A stretch of DNA of 63,392 bases, counting the filler, from Octopus bimaculoides (lineage: Eukaryota): assembly GCF_001194135.2 (NCBI RefSeq). It is 3 parts of 3 records of this genome, joined end to end, with 100 filler letters (N's around TTAATTAATTAA, not from the genome) between each part and the next. Parts side by side here need not be neighbours in the genome. Positions count along the whole stretch, not along the records: positions 1 to 27,764 come from NC_068985.1; 2 more parts are not named here. One strand, written 5' to 3'. The position numbers and the translations under genes are program-made. Positions 1 through 10,963 of the stretch are shown one piece after another (the first letter of the stretch is position 1; each line of letters opens with the position of its first letter). The notes under the pieces are model-generated. The model did not search any database. It was not told where the DNA came from and saw nothing but the letters and a program-made list of their open reading frames with translations.

Positions 1-40
1 GATCCAACTTGTACAAATGCAAAACAAAAGTCAAACATAA

Positions 41-96
<56 letters not shown>

Positions 97-256
97 TAAT
101 AATAATATTAATAATTATCGCCAAGCCAACATGGCAGTCCAAAAAATAGGACAAATGCTGCCGTTGATTAGCTCCAAGAGGCCATTGCTTCTAGCTAGCT
201 ATGTGCCGCACGAACCTGTGTCCTTTATGATAATAATAATAAGAAAACTAATAACG

Positions 257-288
<32 letters not shown>

Positions 289-309
289 GATGATGATGAT
301 GAAAATAAT

Positions 310-475
310 AGAGATTGAAATAGAATGCCTGGTAGAGCTCCTGCAGAAAGTTTGCCTCTTAGGGACAGCAAGAATTATCAAGAGGGTTCTAAGCACTGCC
401 AAAAATGTGTGGATATCAAAGGTTGCTGGTAGTAACCTATTAACCACATAAATCCTACCAGGAATAAGAGCAAGC
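310..475 (+). mobile_element. 3'-terminal fragment of an R4/Dong-like (restriction-like endonuclease) non-LTR retrotransposon
   Basis: Translation ...VELLQKVCLLGTARIIKRVL resembles the C-terminus of the 792-1145 ORF (..NIQKIALLGTAHILRKTL). Flanked by (ATG)n and (TAA)n. Confidence 0.6.
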
Positions 476-489
476 CTGAGCTTTGTTTC

Positions 490-541
<52 letters not shown>

Positions 542-634
542 CATACAATGAGTTTCTCTGCCTTAGGTGTACGGAAAACACTCGGCGAGAAATGGAAGTA
601 AATTTGAAGAAAGAAGAAAAAAAACAACAACAAA

Positions 635-682
<48 letters not shown>

Positions 683-699
683 TCCCCTTTATATATAAT

Positions 700-1242
700 G
701 CCAACACTATGGAATAACAACAGAAAAAAGATGGTACAAACACACGCCAGAAAAGGTCACAGAAAACGAGAAAGCAACCGTACTCTGGGATATGCCAATA
801 CACACAGATAGAGAAATTAAGGCAAATAGACCAGATATAGTTGTCAAAGATCATGAAGAAAAAAAATGCTTTCTAATTGATATATCAATACCAGCAGATG
901 ACAACGTTTCTCTAAAAGAAATGGAAAAACTTTCAAAATACAAAGACCTGGAAATAGAGATAACTCGAATGTGGAATCTAAAAACAGAAACAATTCCTAT
1001 CATTGTAGGTGCCTTAGGTATAATAAAAAAATATTCAGACAAATACATAACAAAAACACCAGGACTTACAAATATATATAACATACAGAAAATTGCACTA
1101 CTGGGTACTGCACACATTCTACGCAAAACACTTTCAATACAGTAAACATAAGAGCACCACAGCAAACCACAGCACATACCCAAGGTGCACAGAGCTGCGC
1201 TCGGTAGTGAAGTGAAAGCACATTATAAAAATAAAACTACTG
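700..1242 (+). mobile_element. 5'-truncated R4/Dong-like LINE: restriction-like endonuclease domain and 3' UTR
   Basis: ORF 792-1145 has the RPDIVV...FLIDISIP...EKLSKYKDL PD-(D/E)xK signature of REL-type LINEs. Followed by a (GAA)n tail at 1242-1295. Confidence 0.85.
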
Positions 1243-1416
1243 AAGAAGAAGAAGAAGAAGAAGAAGAAGAAGAAGAAGAAGAAGAAGAAGAAGAATCCTT
1301 TCTACTATAGGCACAAGGCCTGAAATTTTGGGGCAGGAGTTAAGTCGATTACATTGACCTCAAAACTCAACTGGTACTTAATTTATCAACTCTGAATGGA
1401 TGAAAGGCAAAATTTA

Positions 1417-1469
<53 letters not shown>

Positions 1470-1472
<3 letters not shown>

Positions 1473-2580
1473 GTTCTGGAGCAGATTATGGGGAAATAAT
1501 GTGGTGCATAAAAGGGATGCAATGTGGATAGGAAGTATCAAGACAGAATTACAAGGAGGAAAGAAACAAAGGAATTTTGTTATAATCACGGGTGATGTGA
1601 AAAAACAAGTGGGTAAAGTGCCTAACTGGAAAGCCCCCAGACCAGATGGGATTCATGGCTTCTGGTTCAAGAGATGCCACGTGGTGCATGAAAGACTAGC
1701 AGCCCAATTGAATGAGTGTGTCCAGAAAGGTACAGTCTCTGCATGGATGGTGACTGAGAGGACAACACTTATAATGAAAGATAGAAGAAAGGGGAATATT
1801 GTGGGAAACTATCATCCCATAGCATGCCTAAACATAATCTGGAAAATACTCACTGGAATATGTGTGGCAAAGACATATACTTTCCTGGCACAGGAAGAAA
1901 TACTACCAAGGGAACAAAAAGGATGTAGGAAGAGTTCTCGGGTACCAAGGATCATCTGGTCATCGATAAAACAGTTCTGAGGCATTGTAAAAAGCATCAT
2001 TGCCATTGGAAAAAATATCTATGGCTTGGATTGACTTTAAGAAGGCATATGATATGGTGCCTCATTCTTGGATCATTGAATGCCTGCAGATGTTTGGTGT
2101 TGCTGACAACATCACAGATTTTCTGATGCATAGCATGAAAGAATGGAAAACCAAATTGTACTCAAGTAATGTATTTCTTGGAGAAGTTAATACTAAAAGG
2201 AGAATATTCCAAGGTGACTCGTTTTCCCTGTTACCTTTTGTAATTGCATTAATACCTATAACAATGACACTTAGGAAAGTTAAGATGGGTTACTGATGTG
2301 GGAAGAAAGGCCCATCATTGAACCATCTTCTGTTTATGGATGACCTGAAATTGTTTGGGAAATCTGAAAAACAGATAGATTCCTTAACCAAAACAGTCCA
2401 GAAGTGTGGTAGGGACATTGGTATGAAATTTGGGATTACCAAATGCTCAGAACTTAATATGAAAAGAGGGAAGAAAGCAGCCTGCAAAGGATTGTGGTTA
2501 CCATCAAGAAAGACATGGGTGAGCCCTACAGTAGTGGGTATAGATATTTAGGGATTTTGAAGCTGAATGACATTCTGAAA
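1470..2580 (+). pseudogene. Frameshifted reverse transcriptase fragment of an R4/Dong-like LINE
   Basis: Consecutive broken ORFs carry RT motifs: NWKAPRPDGIHGFW, NYHPIACL, WIDFKKAYDMVPH, IFQGDS, HLLFMDDLKL. Begins right after a (TAA)n tract. Confidence 0.9.
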
Positions 2581-2601
2581 TAATTTTCATTTCATTTTAT
2601 T

Positions 2602-2767
<166 letters not shown>

Positions 2768-3224
2768 AGCAGCAGCAGCAGCAGAAAATCTCCTCTGATT
2801 AAACAGAACTATGATCAAAGGTATTATTCCAGCAATGACATCACAACTTATTTTTAGACAATATACCTTGGACTACATTTTCCAATGTGTCCCCACCTTC
2901 TTTTTTTTTTTTAAGATGATAACAGTTTGAGGTGAAGCAATCTTATATAGACTCCTTCACTCATACATACTCCCTAGTTTATACAGTTACTTATAACAAA
3001 GGGAGACTCTCAACTGGCATCTGAATAAATACTACTCATTCTCTTGTTCTTTTCTGTTTCACAAGGTTTGTATAAATTTTGCCATGTTTGTTGTGTTAAC
3101 ATTAAATACCTTATACAGATAATAAATAAAAAATGGGACACAGTAGGACAACAAAGGAACATTTGGAAAAATAGGGAGAAACACACACAAAGAACAGAAT
3201 GTGTTCAATCACTCATTAGTTACT

Positions 3225-3439
3225 CTCTCTTTTACTCTTTTACTTGTTTCAGTCATTTGACTGCGGCCATGCTGGAGCAACGCCTTAAGTCGAGCAAATT
3301 GATCCCAGGACTTATTTTTTGGATGCCTAGTACTTATCCCATCAGTCTCTTTTGCCGAACCGCTAAGTTACGGGGACATAAACACACCAGCATCAGTTGT
3401 CAAGCGATGTTGGGAGGACAAACAGACACACAAACATAT

Positions 3440-3484
<45 letters not shown>

Positions 3485-3615
3485 TATATGCGACGGGATT
3501 CTTTCAGTTTCCGTCTACCAAATCCACTCACAAGGCTTTGGTCGGCCTGAGGCTATAGTAGAAGATACTTGCCCAAGGCACCACGCAGTGGGAATGAACC
3601 CAGAACCATGTGGAG
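3225..3615 (-). mobile_element. tRNA-derived SINE, family A (head GGCTGTGTGGTAAG...GGTTCAGTCCCACTG, internal (TA)/(TG) tract)
   Basis: Same sequence blocks recur at about 7790-8155(-), 11290-11640(+), 19905-20050(+), 23940-24340(+), 39730-39925(-), 51110-51390(-) and 56520-56650(-). Confidence 0.85.
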
Positions 3616-3924
3616 TTATCAACCAAATTTTATCACAATTTCACTGATTGCAATAAATTATATTTAAACCCTTTCAACCTCAACCTGTTTAATATCACTT
3701 CTGGCTCCATCATACAAATAATCATTTTAAAGTGTTTATGGAGAAGGCATAAGAGAAGAAAGGTATGGAAGCTGTAAGATCTTCTTGCATGACATAGGTA
3801 CAGAGAAGATTCAGCTGACATATGTTGGGAATGAACATGTACCAAGTTCAGTCAAAAGGTTTTTTAGGTTTTCACTGATGATTTTTGACAATTTGTATCT
3901 CCATGTTATATTATTAATTTGATA

Positions 3925-4200
3925 CAACTTGTTGTCCAACCAGTTGCTATATTGTTTATTCTTTATTTTCTTATATAACATATAAACATTAATTGTTTAT
4001 TCTTTATTTTACAGCTTTGGTAATGATTGGTGAAAAATCTGCAATTAGAACCATTTTATGCAGCCTGTGGAAGAAATTAATGATGTGGAAGGCCTACAAA
4101 TCGTCAACAAACAAACATATGGCAGAAAAGTGGTTCAGATGTTTCAAGGAAGGTGATACAAGCCTCGAAGGCAAACCAATGTCAAGAAAACCTTCAGGGA
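3925..4200 (+). mobile_element. Degenerate mariner transposase N-terminal fragment
   Basis: KWFRCFKEGDTSLEGKPMSRKP resembles the mariner HTH-region motif WFxRFKxGDxSLEDxPRSGRP. Confidence 0.55.
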
Positions 4201-4344
4201 GAAAGAGAAACTATGTTAAGTAGACTCAACAGAGGGACCAGTTGTTGAGGTTTATAATAGTATAGACCAGGCGTAGTTGCTGAGATGCACAGAGTCAAGG
4301 AGGTGTCCTATCCAGTGATTGGTATAGCAATATCATTATCAGTT

Positions 4345-4557
4345 TCAAATTTTGGCACAAGGTCAGCACTTTTGTGGAAGGGGTTAAGTCAATTACATTA
4401 ACCCCAGTGCTCAATGGGCACTTAATTTATTGACACCAAAAGGATGAAAGTCAAAGTTGACCTCGACAGAATTTTAACTCAGAACATAAGAATGGACTAA
4501 ATGTTGCTAAGCATTTTGCCTGGCATGCTAACAATTCTGTCAGCTGACCACCTTGCA
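4345..4557 (-). mobile_element. tRNA-derived SINE, family B (core TTCTGAGTTCAAATTCCGCCGAGGTCGACTTTGCCTTTCATCC)
   Basis: Degenerate copy of the family best preserved at 12597-12825, 20065-20295 and 50765-50960. Confidence 0.8.
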
Positions 4558-4789
4558 AAGCAGTGTCAATATTAATAGCTACAAGGGCAAAGAGATGGTC
4601 TGGAAAGAAGCAACTACCCCAAGGCATCAAACTGATGGGCAAAATTTTAAAAAATAACAGGAAAAGGCTCATGTTTTATCACCATGCGTAAACATCATAC
4701 AGTCTGCCCTTCATTCTCAAAAAGAATGTGAACATCAAGCTTGTAATCTGGCTTTTGTCCTCTGAAATATTTAACCAGCAAATTATCCA

Positions 4790-5694
4790 CTAACACTCAA
4801 GTGTATTTTGTACATTTCTGTCATTTCTTTCATTAATCCTCTCTAGGAAAACAGATATCTGATCATTACCAGTTTTTGAAACAGTATAACTTACGCTGTC
4901 ACCTCCGTTCAGTCTAGAGTTTATAAATGTATTGTTTTTATATACTTCAAATGACATAGAGTCAGATACTTTTGAATTCTTGTCAAAACTGAAGTTAGGC
5001 AAAGTTTCATTAATTTCAGATTTGGGGAACATGTCAGTGTACCAATTAGGAAACATCCTTTGTTTATAGTCTCGAGAAACTAAAGCATCATTTAAATTTT
5101 GTATTTCTCGACTTTCTTTCCAGTTCATTTGGAATTTTACATGGTATCTACTTGGTTGTATTGCAGACTGTTGGTCATTTATGTCACACAAGAGATTTCC
5201 AATTTGATTCAAGTCCAGACTATTATTATTTCCCAAAACATTTGGCCTGTATAAGTAATACATATTTTCTTGGGAATCAGAGCATAACTGAGAATTTTCA
5301 AAATTACTTAGATCTTCAAATGTTACATGAAAAATGTTTTTTGATTTATTTATATTATCTTTAGTGCAGAATTTAACAAGCTCAATTGTAAAATCAGCCA
5401 TTTCTTGACCAATTCCATTTTTTTCCTCATTCTGGTAATGATAATACAAACCATCTGAATGCACAATAATAAAGGTGTTGAAATAGTCATAAACATGTTG
5501 AATTTGTTTCTTAAGCAATTTGTTTCTTTTTAATTTTATTTCGTTGGAACTTCTGACATGTAAACTTGTATAACTGTTTAGCATTATTGATAGTTCTTTG
5601 ACAGCAGTAGAGTGTTCCATGGGGTGAGGGAAACATATAACCAAGCCATATTGTTTTTGAATGTTCTTACTGCCACATATATATCGGAATAAAA
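4790..5694 (-). CDS. IL-17-receptor-like gene, terminal coding exon (juxtamembrane, SEFIR/TIR-like domain, C-terminal tail)
   Basis: Polypyrimidine-AG acceptor at 5695-5696. Open about 300 codons (LFRYICGSKNIQKQYGLVICFPHPMEHSTAVKELSIML...NTFIIVHSDG...DFTIELV...IFHVTFE...) to a stop at 4790. Phase 1 joins the TM exon. The hydrophobic pattern matches SEFIR boxes by eye only. Confidence 0.8.
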
Positions 5695-6317
5695 CTGGAA
5701 GAAAAGGAAAAAAAAAAAAAAAGAGATATATTTTGATAAATGATAAATTTTGATAAAATACAATATTTTGATAATTTCTTTTCCTGTTGTTGTTATTATT
5801 TCTATGATTGTCCTGTGTGTANNNNNNNNNNTGTATATATGTAAATGTATGCGAGTGGGTAATGAGAAAATAATGAATAAAGTATTAAAGTAAACAACAG
5901 AAAGGGAACTCATCAGTTATGAGTTCATATCTAGTGCAAGCTTTCATTGTGTCTGGTCAGTAAATTAATTCTGTATGTTTTAGTAGACAAAGTTCTTAAT
6001 AATTTAAAACTGATTACCTTCCTATCACCTTATCTAAATTTAACAACTTAAAACAGCAGACTCTAAGGCTAAGCTCTATATTTATGAAATCCTGTGGCTT
6101 GTTGACTCATTCTATATCATAGCAATAAACTTGATTTAAACAGAATATTGTAGAAGTTTTCAGAATATAATTCAATGAAGAATTTGTGTAATGCATCTCA
6201 CAACAGAAATACATTACAAAGAAACAATTCTAAAAGACCAACCTTCCAAAAAATAAATTCCAGCAGGAAATCTCTTGTCATAATCTAACAGCAACAACTG
6301 GCACTCAGTCAATTATG

Positions 6318-6620
6318 ACAATGCGTGTTCCAGTTGATCCAATCAACAGAACAGCCTGCTCATGAAATTAATGTGCAAGTGGTTGAGCACTCCACACACA
6401 CGTGTATTCATAACATAATTTTCAGGGAGATTCAGTATGACACACAATGTGACAATACTGCCCCTTTGGGTTACAGGTACAACTCATTTTTGCCAGCTGA
6501 GTGGACTGGAGCAATGTGAGATAAAGTATCTTGCTCAAGGATACAATGCACAGTCAGGAATCGAACTCATAACCTTATGATAGTGAGCTAAATACCCAAG
6601 CCACTAAGCCGTATGCCTTC
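6318..6620 (-). mobile_element. tRNA-derived SINE, family C (central CCTTGAGCAAGA..CTT..TTGCTCCAGTCCACTCAGCTG core, V/Meta-domain-like)
   Basis: Second copy on the + strand at about 18510-18810 shares core and tail. Confidence 0.7.
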
Positions 6621-6974
6621 ACCTTGTCACAACTATAGAGGTAATTACTTGTCTGAAGCTGGATTTCCACACACTTCAGAAGCAAATATTGCTCAGTCTC
6701 TTTCCAGCTTGACTCTATCTTTAACATCAGTTAACTTCAGGCTTTATATGAAACCCTATAGAACAAATGTTGGCAGTGATGTGGCCAGAGTGTGTTCCAC
6801 CCAGAGCAGCACTTGAGTTTATACTCTCCTACCCTTCTCTAAGCATTTACAAGCTTATGCTGCATACCTCGAAGTGCAGCCCCTATAAAAGTATTACCCA
6901 GACTGGACTTCTCCCACCTCATCCCACTTTGCTTCATCCTGCCATCTCCTCACCCAGTTACACTACTGAATACT

Positions 6975-7157
6975 TCCTTATTTCAGTTCTATATTTTAGA
7001 GATGAGGAATTATCTACATTATTTACATAATTTACATTCGATGGATATTTGTCCTCATCTTGTTTGTTGTTAACACAGCGTTTTGACTGATATACCCTTC
7101 ATCAGGTGTCTTGGGGAAATTTCAAACCTAGGTTCTCATTCCTAAGGTATTTTTTAA

Positions 7158-7160
<3 letters not shown>
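6975..7160 (-). mobile_element. Dispersed repeat body carrying a degenerate minimal hammerhead (Penelope-pLTR-like)
   Basis: Minus strand reads gacac-CTGATGA-agggtatatcagtc-AAAA-cg-ct-gtgtt. Stem I (gacac/gtgtt) is intact, but G12 is A and stem II is broken. The body start recurs inverted at about 7337-7390. Confidence 0.55.
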
Positions 7161-7199
<39 letters not shown>

Positions 7200-7203
7200 T
7201 ATT

Positions 7204-7284
7204 AAGGCCACTGCCTAGAATTGAACTTGGAATCTTGGGGTTAGTAGCCCGCGCTCTGGACCACTACACCATATACCCGTGAGC

Positions 7285-7286
<2 letters not shown>
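7204..7286 (-). ncRNA. tRNA-like SINE head (not a functional tRNA)
   Basis: A-box TGGTGTAGTGG, degenerate B-box AGTTCAATTC and anticodon-like loop CT-ACT-AA. No good acceptor stem. Flanked by (TTA)n and (TAA)n. Confidence 0.65.
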
Positions 7287-7341
<55 letters not shown>

Positions 7342-7549
7342 TCAAAAAGTACCTTACGAATGAGAACCAAATGTAAATAATGTACTTCCTTATTTGTTTC
7401 TGATGTTGACTTCCTCACAGTAAAATAGTTTATTACACACCATAACTAATTTTATAAGATTTTATTGTTTCCCTACTTCATTTGTTTGTTTACTGGTGGT
7501 TTCTCCATGCGTATGACAATCACCGATCTTCGATAAGTTCGGTGATTGT

Positions 7550-7594
7550 CGTACGCTGATGACGGGTAAATACCCAGAAACTCGAGTCCGTGCG
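7550..7594 (+). ncRNA. Minimal type I hammerhead ribozyme
   Basis: cgtacg(7550-55)-CTGATGA(7556-62)-c-gggta/aa/taccc-a-GAAA(7577-80)-c-tcga-g-TC(7587-88)-cgtgcg. The catalytic core is complete, stem I is 6 bp, stem II is 5 bp, and stem III is 2 bp with a palindromic loop. Predicted cleavage after GUC at 7588. Confidence 0.85.
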
Positions 7595-7645
7595 TATCAC
7601 GTGATCAAGATGGGAAGGATGACTTCCCTTTGCAAATACAGACAG

Positions 7646-7790
7646 GACACAGATGTGTGTCAATAGCCAGCTGGAGGAGATGTTCTCCTGGGGCTAAAAG
7701 CAACAGTAACATTCACCCTTACGGTTTAGCCGCATTTAAGAGGCAAATATACTTCACGTTGTCATGCAGTTACTGTTTATACCTCGTTCA
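7646..7790. repeat. Unclassified structured repeat, second copy at 27865-27975
   Basis: Shared block tgtgtc..agccagctggaggagatgt(t/c)ctcctggggctaaaagcaacagtaacat(t/c)caccc. Confidence 0.8.
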
Positions 7791-7910
7791 AATGAATCGA
7801 CCCAAGTACTTATTTTTCTAAAGCCTGGTACTTGTTCTGTTGGTCACTTTTGCTGAACAGCTAAGTTATAGGGACATGAGCACATCAACATAAGTTGTCA
7901 AGTGGTGGCA

Positions 7911-8036
<126 letters not shown>

Positions 8037-8437
8037 GAATATATATATACAACAGGTTTCTTTCAGTTTTCATCTATCAAATCCACTAACAAGGCTTTAA
8101 TTGGCATGAAGCTATAGTAGAAGATACTTGCCCAAGGTGGCATGCAGTATGATTAAAGATGTTCCAGCTATGATTGTCCATGTTTTTTAAACAACAGGGG
8201 AGTGATTTGAAATAGTTTTCACAGCTTTTTTCACTCGACTACACATGCGTATAATTGTCCCATCATTTGTTTGTTTACATTAATGGATTGTGTATTGTGG
8301 AGATATTTTATTAGTCAGTTCCTTCCTGTGAAATGGAAATTTGATTGATATGAAGCAAATATATCTGAAGTATTTCAATCCAGCATTTAACTCCAGATAA
8401 CCTCATATTTTAATAATTATAATCCAAATAGAGAGAG

Positions 8438-8485
<48 letters not shown>

Positions 8486-8844
8486 TTTGAGCCTCAAGCC
8501 ATAAGGAGTCTCTACATGGTTGCTAGATCAGCTAGAAATAGGTCTCAAGTTTCCCTCAAATCACATCATGTTATTTTGAAAAGGAACACTAGATAATATA
8601 GGGCTTGACACATATGGTTAATGTTTAAGGAGTTTATTTTATAATCACAAGATCCTGAGTTCAACCCCACTTCATGACAGCTTGGACATATCTTTTTGCT
8701 ATAGCTTCATGTTAATCTAGGCCTTGTGAGTAGAATTAGGTCGATGGAAACTGTGGAATCCTATCAGATGGATTGTATCTGTATTTCAAAGGTCTAACCT
8801 TGTCAAATATTGTCATACTTACTCATACTATCTGTCTGCCATTC

Positions 8845-9066
8845 GGTATGATAAAAAATATTCAGACAAATACATAACAAAAACACCAGGACTTACAAAT
8901 ATATATAACATACAGAAAATTGCACTACTGGGCACTGTACACATCCTACGCAAAACACTTTCAATACAGTAACCATAAGAGCATCACAGCAAACCACAGC
9001 ACATACCCAAGGCACACAGAGCTACGCTCAGTAGTGAAGTGAAAGCACGTTATAAAAATAAAACTA

Positions 9067-9123
<57 letters not shown>
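8845..9123 (+). mobile_element. Very short 5'-truncated copy of the R4/Dong-like LINE 3' end with (TAA)n tail
   Basis: Near-identical to 1017-1242. Ends in the same ...ATAAAAATAAAACTACTG, then (AAT)n. Confidence 0.9.
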
Positions 9124-9124
<1 letters not shown>

Positions 9125-9600
9125 GTCTTGGTATAAAAGATGGGCTACAGCAAATATTCTGCTTAATACCANNNNNNNNNNNNNNNNNNNNNNNNNNNNN
9201 NNNNNNNNNNNNNNNNNNNNNNNNNNNNNNNNNNNNNNNNNNNNNNNNNNNNNNNNNNNNNNNNNNNNNNNNNNNNNNNNNNNNNNNNNNNNNNNAATTC
9301 TTTGGGGTTTGAATAATACACCTTTGGAAACATGGGTGTTTTGCTCAACATCCTTAAACAAACCTTATTCAGGGACCTTTTGAGCAGAATGGGCTACTCA
9401 ACCTGAAGAAAATTCTAACTGGGCCCCACCTCCAAGGTCATGCGCTGATTATCTTGATATGAGATCACCATGTCGCGCACATATGGTTGTGATGCATGTG
9501 CCTGGTGTACCCTTATCAGACGGGTAGTCATGATGGGTATACTGGGCTTCGTATATTTTGCCCCAGTGTCACTTTGATGGCATGCACTGCTCTCTCACTC
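9124..9600. mobile_element. Unclassified non-coding interspersed element embedded in a (TAA)n tract (partly N-masked)
   Basis: GC-richer block with (TAA)n on both sides, no ORF, and an internal hairpin (actgggc...gccccagt). Confidence 0.5.
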
Positions 9601-10126
9601 AATAATAATAATAATAATAATGGTTTCAAATTTTAGCACAAGGTTAACAATTTCAGGATAGGGGTAAGTCGATTACAATGATCTCTGTACTCAACTGGTA
9701 CTTATTTGAATGACTCTGAAAGGATGAAAGATAAAGCAGATTTTGGCAAGATTTGAATTCAGAATGCAAAGACGGACAAAACACCACTAAGCATCTTGCC
9801 TGGCATGATAAGAATGCATGAAATAGCCACCCAAATGATAGTAATAATTATTCTTTCTGCTATAGGCACAAAGCCTGAAACTTTGGTGCAGGGGGGTGGG
9901 GGCACTCAATTATATTAACTCCAGTATTTGACTGGTACTTATTTTTTCAGCCCTGAAAGGGTAAAACGGGTGAAGTCAACCTCAACAGCATTTTAACCCA
10001 GAATATGAAGTTGGAAGAAATGCTACAAAGCATTTTGTCTGGTGCAGTAGTGATTCTGCTAGCTCATCACCTCCAGGGACTACATAATAATAACATTAAC
10101 AATAACTTCAACAAGTAATAACTTAC

Positions 10127-10267
10127 CAAATGATCCAATAAAAAGCATTAAAAAGAAGAAGACAATTATAGTTATTATAGACTTAGTAAAGTCTTCTTCC
10201 TTGGGAACTTCAGTTGTTGTTGTTATTAATGTTGAAGATAACATATATGTCGAACTGGAAATATTTT
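10127..10267 (-). CDS. IL-17-receptor-like gene, stalk plus transmembrane exon
   Basis: tttttcAG acceptor and GTAAGT donor. 141 nt, phase 1-1. Encodes NISSSTYMLSSTLITTTTEVPKEEDFTKSIITIIVFFFLMLFIGSF and splices in frame to 5694 (V-LFRYIC). Confidence 0.85.
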
Positions 10268-10923
10268 CTGAAAAATCATTTCAAAAAGAAATATGTTAAT
10301 TGCTAAATTCCTTTAATGATTGTCTTCAAACATAGGTGTTTTTAATTATATGAAAATAGTATTTTTTATACTATCAAAATTGATTGTTTCAATAAATAAT
10401 TATTTCTAATATTGGTACAAGTCCAGAAATTAGTGGGGAAAATATAACCAATTGTTCTATTTTGGGATGGTCATTTTATTTTTTTGCCAAATAAATACAC
10501 GCACTATATATCTATAATATAAATTGGACATGGTGATCATTGTATTCTTTCTTGTCTTGAGGTTCACAACCAAATGGCTGGGTAGATTCGCGTGAAAAAT
10601 GGCACACATGGGGAGACGGGTGCATAGATTGGAATGCGGTTTGTATTTTTTTCCTAGCCTCCATATTTACCAAGAAAATCATTTAAAACTTTTTCTAATG
10701 GAATTCCCCCAGACTACATACAAATTCGTTCTTCACAACTCCTAAAGCTATTTTCTGACAGGAGTGGGGGGAGTCAGGAAATTTTCATACAGCTGAAGGC
10801 TCCAATCAAAACAGGGGACCCGAAATGATAAGGTTGAGAAACGCTGTTATAGATTATGCTTAACTGAAAATGATCACAGCCACATCATCCAAACAGACCA
10901 GGTGAAACCGGGCTTAGCTGCTA

Positions 10924-10963
<40 letters not shown>

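Noticed and set aside
131-854. ORFs with poly-M, poly-I and poly-S runs
   Set aside because: Translations of (ATG)n and (TAA)n microsatellites overlapping LINE fragments; not genes.
7204-7286. Functional tRNA-Ser gene
   Set aside because: Degenerate B-box, no proper acceptor stem or long variable arm; treated as a SINE head.
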